A DNA stretch of 64,000 bases from Zoogloea sp. (GTDB lineage Bacteria > Pseudomonadota > Gammaproteobacteria > Burkholderiales > Rhodocyclaceae). The position numbers and the translations under genes are program-made. Location of the stretch: NCBI RefSeq assembly GCF_041915215.1, contig NZ_JAYSBV010000012.1; one strand, given 5' to 3'. The notes under the pieces are model-generated. The model searched no databases, was not told where the DNA came from, and worked only from the letters and a program-made list of their open reading frames with translations. Each line of letters starts with the position of its first letter. The stretch's first letter is position 1. This document shows, piece after piece, positions 8,381 through 18,802 of this stretch.

Positions 8381-11059
8381 ATGTCCGAAGCCTCCGCTCC
8401 CTTGCCCGCTGCCGTTCAGCATGCCGTTTCCTGCTCCCGTTTCCTGGCCCGCCAGCTCGCCAGCCGTTCCTGGCTGGCCGACGCCCTCGCCCGCAGCATC
8501 GAGCACCCTCTCAGCGCCGCCGCCCTGCGGGATTTCCTGCACGCCGAAAAGGTGGACGAAAATACCCTCAAACCCGCCCTGCGCAAGCTGCGCGCCTGGG
8601 TGATCTGCCACGCGATGGTGCGCGATCTGGCCGGTCTGGCGCCCCTCGCCGAAGTCACCGAGAGCATGACCCTGCTGGCCGATGTCGCCGTCGAGACCGC
8701 CCATGACATCCTGCGCGCCCAGCTGGTGGCACGCCACGGGGAACCCCTTTCTGCCGACGGACGCGAACAGGAGTTCATCATCATCGGCATGGGCAAGCTG
8801 GGCGGGCGGGAGTTGAATGTTTCTTCCGACATCGACCTGATCTTCGTCTACCCGGAAGACGGCGCCACCGCCGGCCCCAAGATCATCGACAACTACGAGT
8901 TCTTCACCAAGCTCGGACGTAGCCTGATCCAGGCCCTCAACGACCTGACCGGCGACGGCCAGGTCTTCCGGGTGGACATGCGCCTGCGCCCCAACGGCGA
9001 CTCCGGCCCCCTGGTGGCGAGCTTCGACATGCTCGAAAACTACTTCATCACCCAGGGCCGGGAGTGGGAGCGCTACGCCTGGATCAAGGCCCGGGTCATG
9101 ACCGGCATCCGGGGCGAGGAGCTGGCCCAGATCGCCCGCCCCTTCATCTTCCGCAAATACCTGGACTTTGGCGCCATCAACGCCATGCGCGACCTGCACG
9201 CCCAGATCCGGCGCGAAGTGGCCCGCAAGGATATGGTGAATAACGTCAAGCTGGGCCCCGGCGGCATCCGCGAGATCGAGTTTCTGGCCCAGGTTTTCCA
9301 GCTGATCCGGGGCGGGCGCGACACCCAGCTCCAGATCAAGCCCACCCTCCAGGTGCTGGCCCGGCTCGCCGAGCGGGGCATCATCACCCCCGAGGCCGAG
9401 CGGGAACTGGCGAGCGCCTATGACTTTCTGCGCCGGCTGGAACACCGGCTCCAGTACCTGGAAGACGCCCAGACCCACACCCTGCCCGGTCGCCCCGAAG
9501 ACCAGGCCATCATCGCCCGGGCCATGGGCTTTGCCAGCTACGCGGCCCTGCTCGAAGAACTGGACGACCACCGCCGGGCGGTGAGCCAGCACTTCAACGG
9601 CGTGTTTGGCGACCCCAACGAAAACGGCCACGACCTGGACAACCTGTGGGCCGGCGCCTGCGACGAAGAACGCAGCCAGGAAGCCTTCCGCAGCCTGGGC
9701 TACCCGGACCCGAGCGCCGCCGCCCGGCGCCTGGCCACCCTGCGCAATGGCAACCGCTACCAGCAGATGCCGCCCAGCATCAAGGTGCGCTTTGATCCGC
9801 TGATTCCCCGGGTAATCGAGGCCGCCGCCGAAACCGGCCACCCGAACGCAACCTTCGACCGGCTGCTCGACCTGCTGGACGCCATCAGCCGGCGCGCCGC
9901 CTATCTGGCCCTGCTCCAGCAATACCCCCAAACCCTGCACAAGGTGGCCGAGCTGGTGGGCGCCTCCGCCTGGGCCGCCCAGTTCCTGAACCGCCACCCC
10001 ATTCTGCTCGACGAAGCCCTGGACCCGCGCATCCTGGACGAGGAGCTGGACCTCAGCGCCTTCCGTACCGAACTTTCCGCCCAGCTGGACGCCGTGGAAC
10101 CCGACATGGAACGCCAGATGGACCTGATGCGCGAGCAGCACCACGCCCAGGTGTTCCGCCTGCTCACCAAGGACATCGCAGGTCGGCTCACCGTGGAGCG
10201 CCACGCCGACTTTCTCTCGGGCCTGGCCGACATCATCGTGGACCTCACCGTGAGCATGTGCTGGCGCAAGATCAAGAACCGCCACCGGGATGACCCGAAG
10301 TTTGCGGTGCTGGCCTACGGCAAGCTGGGCGGCAAGGAACTGGGCTACGCCTCCGACCTGGACATGGTTTACATCCACGACGACGAAGCCCCCGAAGCCG
10401 GCGAGCTCTACACCCGCCTGGGCCAGCGCACCAACACCTGGCTCTCGGCCCAGACTCCGGCAGGCCAGCTGTTTGATACCGACCTGCGCCTGCGCCCCAA
10501 TGGCGACGCGGGGCTCTTGGTGGTGTCCCTCGAATCCTTCCGCCAATACCAGCTCCAGAACGCCTGGGTGTGGGAACACCAGGCCCTCACCCGGGCCCGG
10601 TTCTGCGCCGGCGACCGGGAAATCGGACGCAAGTTTGAAGAAATCCGCATCGAAGTGCTGCGCCAGCCCCGGGATCTGGGCACGCTGCGCACCGAAGTGC
10701 TGGCCATGCGCCAGCGCATGCGCGATGCCCACCCGCCCAAGGCCGGGATCTTCGACCTCAAGCACGACCAGGGCGGCCTGATCGACGTGGAGTTCATGGT
10801 TCAGTACCTGGTGCTCGGCCACGCCCACGCCCACGCGGCCCTCACCGGCAATCTGGGCAACATCGCCCTGCTGCGGATTGCGGGCGAACTGGGGCTGATC
10901 CCCGTCGAGCAGGCCGCCTTCGTGGCCGATGCTTACCGGGAATACCGCCGCCTGCAACACGGCCTGCGCCTCAACACCCAGGAATCCCGCGTTGCCCCCG
11001 CCCAGGTCGAAACCCAGGCCGCCGGCGTGCGCCAGCTGTGGGCCCTGCTGTTCGACTAG
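8381..11059 (+). CDS. glnE: glutamine synthetase adenylyltransferase / adenylyl-removing enzyme GlnE
   Basis: Two nucleotidyltransferase halves (GMGKLGGRELNVSSDIDLIF and LAYGKLGGKELGYASDLDMVYIHD). About 890 aa from the ATG at 8381. Confidence 0.9.
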   Translation: MSEASAPLPAAVQHAVSCSRFLARQLASRSWLADALARSIEHPLSAAALRDFLHAEKVDENTLKPALRKLRAWVICHAMVRDLAGLAPLAEVTESMTLLADVAVETAHDILRAQLVARHGEPLSADGREQEFIIIGMGKLGGRELNVSSDIDLIFVYPEDGATAGPKIIDNYEFFTKLGRSLIQALNDLTGDGQVFRVDMRLRPNGDSGPLVASFDMLENYFITQGREWERYAWIKARVMTGIRGEELAQIARPFIFRKYLDFGAINAMRDLHAQIRREVARKDMVNNVKLGPGGIREIEFLAQVFQLIRGGRDTQLQIKPTLQVLARLAERGIITPEAERELASAYDFLRRLEHRLQYLEDAQTHTLPGRPEDQAIIARAMGFASYAALLEELDDHRRAVSQHFNGVFGDPNENGHDLDNLWAGACDEERSQEAFRSLGYPDPSAAARRLATLRNGNRYQQMPPSIKVRFDPLIPRVIEAAAETGHPNATFDRLLDLLDAISRRAAYLALLQQYPQTLHKVAELVGASAWAAQFLNRHPILLDEALDPRILDEELDLSAFRTELSAQLDAVEPDMERQMDLMREQHHAQVFRLLTKDIAGRLTVERHADFLSGLADIIVDLTVSMCWRKIKNRHRDDPKFAVLAYGKLGGKELGYASDLDMVYIHDDEAPEAGELYTRLGQRTNTWLSAQTPAGQLFDTDLRLRPNGDAGLLVVSLESFRQYQLQNAWVWEHQALTRARFCAGDREIGRKFEEIRIEVLRQPRDLGTLRTEVLAMRQRMRDAHPPKAGIFDLKHDQGGLIDVEFMVQYLVLGHAHAHAALTGNLGNIALLRIAGELGLIPVEQAAFVADAYREYRRLQHGLRLNTQESRVAPAQVETQAAGVRQLWALLFD

Positions 11060-11141
11060 GGCTAAGCGCAACAAAACACCTCGCCGGGCCCAGGTCCGGC
11101 ACCTCACCCCTTCCAGAAAATTTCGCCAAAATCACCCAAGC

Positions 11142-11801
11142 ATGCGCCCCTACACCCACATTCTGTTTGACCTGGACGGCACCCTGATCGACTCGGCCCC
11201 GGCCATTCTCGCCAGCTTCCGAGATGCCTTTGCCCGGGCCGGAATCAGCCCGGTGCGCAGCATCGACGACAGCATCATCGGCCCGCCCCTCACCGAGACC
11301 CTGCAACTGCTCGCCGGCAGCACCGATGCCCCCCTGATCGCCCAACTGGCCGAGCACTTCAAGGCCAGCTACGACACCGAAGGCTACAAGGCCACCAGCG
11401 CCTACCCGGGCATCACCGAGCTCCTGGCCGGCCTGAAGGGCGCCGGGCTGCACCTCTCCATCGCCACCAACAAGCGCATCCACCCCACCCGGCTGATCCT
11501 CGAACACCTGGGCTGGGCGGGCTTTTTCGATCACGTGTATGCGCTGGATCTGTTCACCCCGCGCCTGCCCCACAAGGCCGCGATGATCGAACGCCTGATG
11601 CACGACCAGCAGATCCCCGCCAGCCAGGCGGTCTACATCGGCGACCGCCCCGAAGACGGTCACTCCGCCGACGCCAACGCCCTCCCCTTCATCGCCGCCT
11701 GCTGGGGCTACGGCAGCATCAGCGAAGAAGAACGGGAAGCGGGCTGGGCGGTGTGCCGGAGCGCGGCAGAAATGCTGAAAAAACTGCAGGAAATGCGGTG
11801 A
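11142..11801 (+). CDS. HAD-superfamily phosphatase (phosphoglycolate phosphatase-like)
   Basis: Motif I FDLDGTLIDS and a C-terminal GDRPED motif. Start chosen at MRPYTHILFDLDGTL rather than the long upstream ORF extension. Confidence 0.75.
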   Translation: MRPYTHILFDLDGTLIDSAPAILASFRDAFARAGISPVRSIDDSIIGPPLTETLQLLAGSTDAPLIAQLAEHFKASYDTEGYKATSAYPGITELLAGLKGAGLHLSIATNKRIHPTRLILEHLGWAGFFDHVYALDLFTPRLPHKAAMIERLMHDQQIPASQAVYIGDRPEDGHSADANALPFIAACWGYGSISEEEREAGWAVCRSAAEMLKKLQEMR

Positions 11802-12028
11802 TCCATGCCACCTGACGGCATCAAAAACTGCACATAACACCTACAAAAATAAAAAAACGAAAACCAATCAACATTTACATTTTATGCAGTGATAAGCTCC
11901 AGAAGCCTTGCCAGCAAAAAACAAATGACAAAAGCACTTGTTACGCCCAAGGCCGTAAAAAACCCATCAATGCCAATTACAAGGCTGGCCCGTAAAACCT
12001 GGGCATATCTGGATCTGGAGATGTTGTC

Positions 12029-12796
12029 GTGAACAAATTTGCAACTTCTGGCCTGCTGCTCATGCTGGCCGGAGTGGTTGCAGGCTGTACGCCGCGCTAT
12101 GCGGACGTGCCTGCTCCAACCCGTTTTGAAAACTCAACCCAGCAAAAAATCCAGGCTGCACAACACTGGCAGAAAATCGCTGAGCACATGGCGATCCAGA
12201 TCGGCAGCGACCTCCAAGGGAAACTCAACGGGCGGGCATTGTTCATCCCGCTGCAGGAAGGAGAACAAGCCTTTGTCTCGGGCTTCCGGGAACTGCTGAT
12301 CACATCGCTGGTGCAACAAGGGGTGCCTGTCAGTACCGACAAGCGCAACGCATTGACCGTAGATGTGCGTTACTCCATCTACAAGTTCAATCCCGAGCGT
12401 TCGGCCAATACCTACAAGTACGGCCAAATCACCGCCCTCACAGCCGGACTCTGGAGCGCAGGCGGAATCATTGGGGCGATTGTGGATAGCAGCAGCTCTG
12501 CAGGCGCGACAGCCGCCGCGAGCGTGCTTGCCGTGGGTGCCGCAGAAACCCTGGGATGGGCGCTTAATGAGGCCGGTGAAGCCGGTAAACACGCACCTGG
12601 ATCAGTCCCGCGCTCAGAGATCGTGCTGACGCTCTCCATCAGCGATCAATCACAGATCATCGCCCGCCGCACCCAGATTTATTACGCGACGGACACCGAT
12701 CAGGATCTGTACTGGAAGCGCAGCACCAGCAACGGCTACACCCTCCCGGTGGTAGGCAGTTCCTGTAGCGAAGGAGGTGGCTCATGCGCACGCTAA
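12029..12796 (+). CDS. hypothetical lipoprotein (GTG start)
   Basis: Lipobox LAGVVAGC. Preceded by a roughly 230-nt AT-rich intergenic region. Gene GC is visibly lower than its surroundings. Confidence 0.5.
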   Translation: MNKFATSGLLLMLAGVVAGCTPRYADVPAPTRFENSTQQKIQAAQHWQKIAEHMAIQIGSDLQGKLNGRALFIPLQEGEQAFVSGFRELLITSLVQQGVPVSTDKRNALTVDVRYSIYKFNPERSANTYKYGQITALTAGLWSAGGIIGAIVDSSSSAGATAAASVLAVGAAETLGWALNEAGEAGKHAPGSVPRSEIVLTLSISDQSQIIARRTQIYYATDTDQDLYWKRSTSNGYTLPVVGSSCSEGGGSCAR

Positions 12797-13374
12797 GTCT
12801 CGGATTGATCAGCTGTGCGCTGCTGATGGGATGTGAAACCGCGCCGGTACAGGCCCCCCAGCAGGAACCGACCTACGAGCAAGCCCAGAACAACAACTTT
12901 CAAGCGGCCAACTATGCTGCCGTCACCGAGCTGCTCAAGCGCATGCCAGCCGGGGCTGTCAGTAGCAGTAACAGCTCTAGCAGCAATGATGGAAGCAACT
13001 CTCCTTTCATTGTCGCGACACTGGTCAACATTGACCAGCTGGAACAGTCATCCACGCTGGGACGCCTGATTTCCGAGCAGGTTGCCTCCAAAATGACTCA
13101 GCTTGGGCACAACGTGCTGGAGTTGAAAGTCCGCAACAGCGTCTATCTGAAGCGCAACGAAGGCGAACTACTGCTGACCCGCGAAATCCGCGAAGTTGCC
13201 AACAATCACCGTGCCCAGGCCGTGATTGTGGGCACCTACGCAGAAAGTGCCACCCTCGTGTATGTCAATCTGAAGGTGGTCAATCCGGCCACCAACGTGG
13301 TTCTGGCTGCCCACGACTACGCACTGCCGCTGAACAAGCAAGTGCGCAGCATGCTGCGCAAAACCCCAGGCTAA
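12784..13374 (+). CDS. outer-membrane lipoprotein, possibly FlgO/LpoB-like fold (uncertain)
   Basis: Lipobox LLMGC and a Ser-rich linker, then a compact alpha/beta domain (LGRLISEQVASKMTQLGHNVLE...VIVGTYAESATLVYVNLKVVN). Overlaps the previous gene by 13 nt. Confidence 0.5.
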   Translation: MRTLSLGLISCALLMGCETAPVQAPQQEPTYEQAQNNNFQAANYAAVTELLKRMPAGAVSSSNSSSSNDGSNSPFIVATLVNIDQLEQSSTLGRLISEQVASKMTQLGHNVLELKVRNSVYLKRNEGELLLTREIREVANNHRAQAVIVGTYAESATLVYVNLKVVNPATNVVLAAHDYALPLNKQVRSMLRKTPG

Positions 13375-13393
13375 GAAACGGTCGTTAAAACTC

Positions 13394-13415
13394 CCACCCC
13401 TGGCTGCAGGGGTGG
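13394..13415 (+). terminator. stem-loop (9-bp stem CCACCCCTG/CAGGGGTGG) downstream of the lipoprotein pair
   Basis: Perfect inverted repeat with a 4-nt loop, followed by a GTTT-containing tract. Confidence 0.4.
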
Positions 13416-13477
13416 CAGAGTTTGGCATACACTCGGGCCTTCGTTTTTACTTTCCGACTTGCTGTCCGACCCCTGCC

Positions 13478-13732
13478 ATGTTCCGTCTGCTGACCTGTAT
13501 CGCGCTGCTCGTCCCCACCCTCGCCCTGGCCCAAGTGCAGGTGATGACTGACCGTTCCGCCGCCTCCATCCTGGGGCAAGACAGTACCCGGGGCGGAGCC
13601 AAGGGGAGCGGGAACGAGAATGGCGGCAAGAGCCAGGCGGATGCACCGCCCGCCCCTCAGGATAACTGCGAGTACAAGGCGGTGATGACCGACGAGGATT
13701 ACCGCAAGTGCGGGATCAATCCCGGGCGTTGA
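13478..13732 (+). CDS. small secreted protein (84 aa) with a C-terminal Cys pair
   Basis: Signal peptide MFRLLTCIALLVPTLALAQ. Gly/Ser-rich middle and C-terminal CEYKAVMTDEDYRKC. Start chosen at the signal-peptide Met. Confidence 0.4.
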   Translation: MFRLLTCIALLVPTLALAQVQVMTDRSAASILGQDSTRGGAKGSGNENGGKSQADAPPAPQDNCEYKAVMTDEDYRKCGINPGR

Positions 13733-13757
13733 TGGCGCGCGGCGCCGGGCGCCAGGC

Positions 13758-14729
13758 TCAATCCTCGCGCAGGGATGCGGAGGGCAGTTCGCCGAACATG
13801 CGCCGGTAATCCTGGGCGAACTGGCTCAGGTGGGTGAAGCCCCAGTCGTAGGCCACGCTCGATACCGAGCGCCGCCCCTGCCCGTAGCGCAGCGCCCGCC
13901 GCACCTCGTTGAGGCGCAGGCTGCGGATGTAGGCGAGGGGTGCGAGGCCGGTGATTTCTTCCACACAGTTCTGCAGGGCGCGCCGGCTCAGGTGCAGCCG
14001 GGCACACAGTTCGGTGATGCTGGGCGGGCTTTCCGGGTCGGCCAGCACCAGCTGACGCAGGCGCTCCACCAGTTGCTGGTGCTGGAGCCGGGTACGCGCC
14101 GCCTGGGCTGGCAGGGAATCGGGGCTCACCAGCACCCCGGCCAGGGCGTCAAAGATGCGCTGCTGCAGGCTGGCCGGGCAATCCGGGGTCTGGGGTGCCT
14201 GGGCATCGGCCAGGATGCCATTGAGGGTGGCGCACAAGGATTCCTTGCGCCCGGGGGCCAGATCCCGCACATCGCCCTGGAGCAGCAGCCGGTCAAGATC
14301 CTGGTGCAGGTGCAGCTCCAGGTGTTCGGCCAATGCAGCCCGATCCACCACCACGCCGTACAGATTGAAATCAGGGGCGGTCAGCAGATCGAATTCGGCG
14401 CCCCCGTCCCGCACGCACACGGCCCGGGCGGACAGGGCCTTGCCGCCCATGGACATCATCCCGTCGGCGGCTGCCGGAATGCCGAACCACACCGATTCGG
14501 CCCAGGCCGCACAGGTCTGGCGCAGCTGGCGGTTGGCCTGCTCCACGAAGATCTGGGTCTTGGGCAGCCAGAGCTCGGTCACGCTGCCCTCGAAACTGCC
14601 CGGGGTGAGCTGGTCGTAACGCTGATCCCACTGGGACAGGTTGTGGGCCTGCTCGTCCGCATCCCGCGCCCGGGTCGTCCGGCGCAGGACAGACAGGGAG
14701 GTATAGGGATGCGAAGAAGAGGCGCTCAT
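13758..14729 (-). CDS. AraC-family transcriptional regulator (EutR-like; divergent from the ethanolamine genes)
   Basis: C-terminal AraC HTH (LAYIRSLRLNEVRRAL...GFTHLSQFAQDYRRMFG). Divergently placed relative to eat-eutBC. Confidence 0.75.
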   Translation of the reverse strand: MSASSSHPYTSLSVLRRTTRARDADEQAHNLSQWDQRYDQLTPGSFEGSVTELWLPKTQIFVEQANRQLRQTCAAWAESVWFGIPAAADGMMSMGGKALSARAVCVRDGGAEFDLLTAPDFNLYGVVVDRAALAEHLELHLHQDLDRLLLQGDVRDLAPGRKESLCATLNGILADAQAPQTPDCPASLQQRIFDALAGVLVSPDSLPAQAARTRLQHQQLVERLRQLVLADPESPPSITELCARLHLSRRALQNCVEEITGLAPLAYIRSLRLNEVRRALRYGQGRRSVSSVAYDWGFTHLSQFAQDYRRMFGELPSASLRED

Positions 14730-15094
14730 GGGTTTTTCCTGAACAACGTGCGGTGATTCTGCGAATAGAAGCAAACAACGTACCGCCCGCCCCCATTCTT
14801 GTGCCCCCATCACCCACCCCATGGCGGGCCTACGCAGCCGAACGGGCCATCTTTCGGGCCGTTTTTTTATAAGCTAAAGCCTGTACCTGCTTTTCTGCAA
14901 GGCCCATCGTTGGTGCATTGCAGCAGCGTATTCATTTCTTTTGCACCCCCTTGGTGCGGTTTTGGCGGCATTTTCGCGACACTTGGTTTTTTGTCGGGAA
15001 ATGTGCCAATTCTTGATAGTGGCGTGCCAAAACTTGATACATGTCAAACCCGCCCGTGGGCCACGATGCAGCCATCCAACCCAAGGAGTGAATC

Positions 15095-16480
15095 ATGAGT
15101 ACGCAGTCTGCGCCCCACGGCCTCTCGGCCACCCTGGGCACCTGGCAGTTGTGGGGGATCGCCGTCGGTCTGGTGATTTCTGGCGAATACTTTGGCTGGA
15201 GCTTCGGCTGGGCCTCGGCCGGAACCCTCGGTTTCATGGTCACCACCGTGATGGTGGCCATCATGTACGGCACCTTCATCTTCAGTTTCACCGAGCTGAC
15301 CGCCAGCATTCCCCACGCGGGCGGCCCCTTTGCCTACAGCTACCACGCCTTCGGCCCCCTGGGCGGCTACCTGGCCGGCATGGCCACCCTGATCGAGTTT
15401 GTGTTTGCCCCGCCCGCCATCGCCCTGGCGATTGGCGCCTACCTGAACGTCCAGTATCCGTCCCTGGATCCGAAGATTGCCGCCACCTGTGCTTACGTGG
15501 TGTTCATGGGCCTCAACATCGTGGGGGTGACGATTGCCGCCACCTTCGAGCTGTTCGTGACCCTGCTCGCCATTTTTGAACTGCTGGTGTTCATGGGCGT
15601 GGTCGCCCCCGGCTTTGAAATGGCCAACTTCACCAAGGGCGGCTGGAGCGGTGCGGATGAGTTCTCTGTGGCGGCCCTGCCCGGCATCTTTGCGGCGATT
15701 CCGTTTGCGATCTGGTTCTTCCTCGCCATCGAAGGCGTGGCCATGGCCGCCGAAGAGGCCAAAGACCCGAAGCGCTCCATCCCCATCGCCTACACCTGCG
15801 GCATCCTGACCCTGGTGGTGCTGGCCGTGGGCGTGATGATGTTCGCCGGCGGCGTGGGCGACTGGACCAAACTCGCCAACATCAACGATCCGCTGCCCCA
15901 GGCCATGAAGATCATCGTGGGCGAATCCAGCGGCTGGCTGCACATGCTGGTGTGGCTGGGCCTGTTCGGGCTGGTGGCGTCCTTCCACGGCATCATCCTG
16001 GGCTACTCGCGCCAGATCTACGCCCAAGCCCGGGCCGGCTACCTGCCCCCCTGGTTTGCCCAGGTTCATCCCCGCTTCAAGACCCCGCACCGGGCCATCA
16101 TCGCTGGCGGCGTGGTGGGGATTGCCGCGATCTTCAGCGACGAGCTGCTCTCCTTCGGCGGCCAGAGCCTGACCGCCAACATCGTCACCATCTCGGTGCT
16201 GGGCGCCCTCACCATGTACGCCATGAGCATGGTTGCGCTGTTCAAGCTGCGCGCCACCGAACCGAACCTGGAACGCCCCTACAAGGTGCCCTTCTACCCG
16301 GTGTTCCCCACCATCGCCCTGGCCGGCGCGCTGGTCTGCCTGGCGACCGTGATCTGGTTCAACCCCCTGCTGGCCGGGCTGTATGCAGGCATTCTGGTGG
16401 CGGGCTATGGCTACCACCTGGCCACCCACCATCACCGGGCCGCCCAGCCCATCGCCGCCCTGGCCAGCGAAACCAAGTAA
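15095..16480 (+). CDS. eat: ethanolamine permease (APC family)
   Basis: 12-TM amino-acid/polyamine permease pattern directly upstream of eutBC. RBS AAGGAG. Confidence 0.8.
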   Translation: MSTQSAPHGLSATLGTWQLWGIAVGLVISGEYFGWSFGWASAGTLGFMVTTVMVAIMYGTFIFSFTELTASIPHAGGPFAYSYHAFGPLGGYLAGMATLIEFVFAPPAIALAIGAYLNVQYPSLDPKIAATCAYVVFMGLNIVGVTIAATFELFVTLLAIFELLVFMGVVAPGFEMANFTKGGWSGADEFSVAALPGIFAAIPFAIWFFLAIEGVAMAAEEAKDPKRSIPIAYTCGILTLVVLAVGVMMFAGGVGDWTKLANINDPLPQAMKIIVGESSGWLHMLVWLGLFGLVASFHGIILGYSRQIYAQARAGYLPPWFAQVHPRFKTPHRAIIAGGVVGIAAIFSDELLSFGGQSLTANIVTISVLGALTMYAMSMVALFKLRATEPNLERPYKVPFYPVFPTIALAGALVCLATVIWFNPLLAGLYAGILVAGYGYHLATHHHRAAQPIAALASETK

Positions 16481-16513
16481 GCCGCCCCCCGCCAGCCCCG
16501 GAGCTCCAACGCC

Positions 16514-17896
16514 ATGAACTACAGCTGCAATCTGGGCGTACGCCGCTACGTCTTCCCCGACCTGAAAACGGTACTGGCCAAAGCCAGCCCGGCCCGCTCC
16601 GGCGACATGCTCGCCGGGGTCGCGGCGGCCAGCGAAGAAGAACGGATGGCCGCTCGCCTCGTGCTCGCCGACATCCCCCTGGTGCGCTTTCTGCACGAGG
16701 CGGTGGTGCCCTACGAGCGCGACGAGGTGACCCGGCTGATCATCGACGGTCACGATGCCACCGCCTTCGGGCCGGTGGCGATGCTGAGCGTCGGGGAGTT
16801 CCGGGACTGGCTCTTGTCTGATAACGCCGACAGCATCGCCCTCGCCGCCCTCGCCCCCGGGCTCACCCCCGAAATGGTGGCGGCGGTGAGCAAGCTGATG
16901 CGCAACCAGGATCTGATCCTGGTGGCCGCCAAATGCCAGGTGGTGACCCGCTTCCGCAACACCCTGGGGCTGCCGGGCCGGCTCGCCGTGCGGCTCCAGC
17001 CCAACCACCCCACCGACGACCCCCGGGGCATCGCCGCCTCCATGCTGGACGGGCTGCTCTACGGGGTGGGCGATGCGGTGATCGGCATCAACCCGGCCAC
17101 CGACAGCCTGCCCGCCATCACCACCCTGCTCAAACTGATCGACGATTTCCGCCAGCAGTACGAGGTGCCCACCCAGAGCTGCGTGCTGACCCATGTCACC
17201 AACAGCATCCGGGCCATCGAAAACGGCGCGCCGCTGGATCTGGTGTTCCAATCGATTGGCGGCACCGAAGGCGTCAATCGCAGCTTCGGCGTGACCACGG
17301 CCATTCTGGACGAAGCCTGGGATGCCGCCCTGTCCCTCAAACGCGGCACCGTGGGGCAGAACGTGATGTACTTTGAAACCGGCCAGGGTAGCGCCCTTTC
17401 GGCCAACGCCCACCATGGCGCCGACCAGCAGACCCTGGAAGCCCGGGCCTACGCCCTCGCCCGCCGCTACCAGCCCCTGCTGGTGAATACCGTGGTCGGC
17501 TTCATCGGCCCCGAATACCTCTACGACGGCAAGCAGATCATCCGCGCCGGGCTGGAGGATCACTTCTGCGGCAAGCTGCTGGGCCTGCCCATGGGCTGCG
17601 ACATCTGCTACACCAACCATGCCGAGGCCGACCAGGACGACATGGACACCCTGCTCACCCTGCTCGGGGTGGCGGGCATCAACTTCATCATCGGGGTGCC
17701 GGGGGCGGACGACATCATGCTCAATTACCAGAGCACCTCCTTCCACGACGCCCTCTACCTGCGCCGCATCCTCAACCGCCGGCGGGCCCCCGAGTTCGAA
17801 GACTGGCTCGAACGGATGGGCATCACCGATTACCGGGGCCAGCTCCTGCCCCCGGGCGCCGACCAGCCCCTGCTCGCCCTGGCCGAGCGGATCTGA
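16514..17896 (+). CDS. eutB: ethanolamine ammonia-lyase large subunit
   Basis: 460 aa with full-length EutB similarity (MNYSCNLGVRRYVFPDLKTVLAKASP...). Confidence 0.9.
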   Translation: MNYSCNLGVRRYVFPDLKTVLAKASPARSGDMLAGVAAASEEERMAARLVLADIPLVRFLHEAVVPYERDEVTRLIIDGHDATAFGPVAMLSVGEFRDWLLSDNADSIALAALAPGLTPEMVAAVSKLMRNQDLILVAAKCQVVTRFRNTLGLPGRLAVRLQPNHPTDDPRGIAASMLDGLLYGVGDAVIGINPATDSLPAITTLLKLIDDFRQQYEVPTQSCVLTHVTNSIRAIENGAPLDLVFQSIGGTEGVNRSFGVTTAILDEAWDAALSLKRGTVGQNVMYFETGQGSALSANAHHGADQQTLEARAYALARRYQPLLVNTVVGFIGPEYLYDGKQIIRAGLEDHFCGKLLGLPMGCDICYTNHAEADQDDMDTLLTLLGVAGINFIIGVPGADDIMLNYQSTSFHDALYLRRILNRRRAPEFEDWLERMGITDYRGQLLPPGADQPLLALAERI

Positions 17897-17916
17897 CCAC
17901 TGCCCCCCCACGCCCC

Positions 17917-18738
17917 ATGCCCCAAGGACAGGCCATGAACAAGCCCGCCATCATCACCCCCGACCCCTGGCAGCGCCTGCAAAGCCTCACCCGCGCCCGA
18001 CTCGCCCTGGGCCGGGCCGGGGTCAGCCTGCCCACCCGCGAAGTGCTGCGCTTTGGCACCGCCCACGCCCAGGCCCGGGATGCCGTCCACCAGGCCCTGG
18101 ATGTGGAAGGCCTGCAGCAAGAACTGCGGGCCAGCGGCTTCAAGCCCCTGCACGTGCATAGCCAGGCGCCCGACCGGGTCACCTACCTGCGCCGCCCGGA
18201 CTGGGGGCGCAGCCTGGCGCCCGCGAGTGCCGATACCCTGGGCGCCATCGCCCCCCAGGCCTGGCCCCGCCCTCCGGCACTGGCCATCGTGGTGGCCGAC
18301 GGGCTCTCGTCCCTCGCCACCCGCAGCCACGCCCAACCCCTGCTCCAGGCCCTGCTGCCGTACTTTCCGGATCTGCGCGAGATGCCGGTGGTGATCGCCA
18401 CCCAGGCCCGGGTCGCCCTGGGCGATGAAATCGGCCACCTGCTGCGGGCCGAACACGTGGTGGTGATGATCGGCGAACGCCCCGGGCTCTCATCCCCCGA
18501 CAGTCTGGGCCTCTACCTCACCGCCGCGCCCCGCCCGGGGCTGACCGACGCTTACCGGAACTGCATCTCCAACGTGCGCCCGGAAGGGCTCAACTACCCG
18601 GAAGCCGCCCGCAAGCTGGCCTTTCTGATCGCCGGCGCCCGCCGCCTGGGGCGTACCGGCGTGGATCTGAAGGACGACAGCGACGCCCCCGCCCTGGCTG
18701 CCGACACCCCAGAAACGCCCCTGCTGGCCAGCACCTGA
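17917..18738 (+). CDS. eutC: ethanolamine ammonia-lyase small subunit
   Basis: Follows eutB by 20 nt. Typical EutC length and conserved core (VVIATQARVALGDEIG...VVMIGERPGLSSPDSLG). Confidence 0.85.
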   Translation: MPQGQAMNKPAIITPDPWQRLQSLTRARLALGRAGVSLPTREVLRFGTAHAQARDAVHQALDVEGLQQELRASGFKPLHVHSQAPDRVTYLRRPDWGRSLAPASADTLGAIAPQAWPRPPALAIVVADGLSSLATRSHAQPLLQALLPYFPDLREMPVVIATQARVALGDEIGHLLRAEHVVVMIGERPGLSSPDSLGLYLTAAPRPGLTDAYRNCISNVRPEGLNYPEAARKLAFLIAGARRLGRTGVDLKDDSDAPALAADTPETPLLAST

Positions 18739-18802
18739 CACACCACATTTGCCCCCCTCGCCCGCCTTTTTTGATGCTTTGCCCTTTTTGAAGGAGAACA
18801 CC

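Noticed and set aside
8303-11107. 934-aa minus-strand ORF opposite glnE
   Set aside because: GlnE on the plus strand is full-length and conserved. The antisense ORF is an artefact.
15044-17911. 955-aa minus-strand ORF opposite eat and eutB
   Set aside because: The sense strand encodes unmistakable ethanolamine permease and EutB. The antisense ORF is low-complexity.
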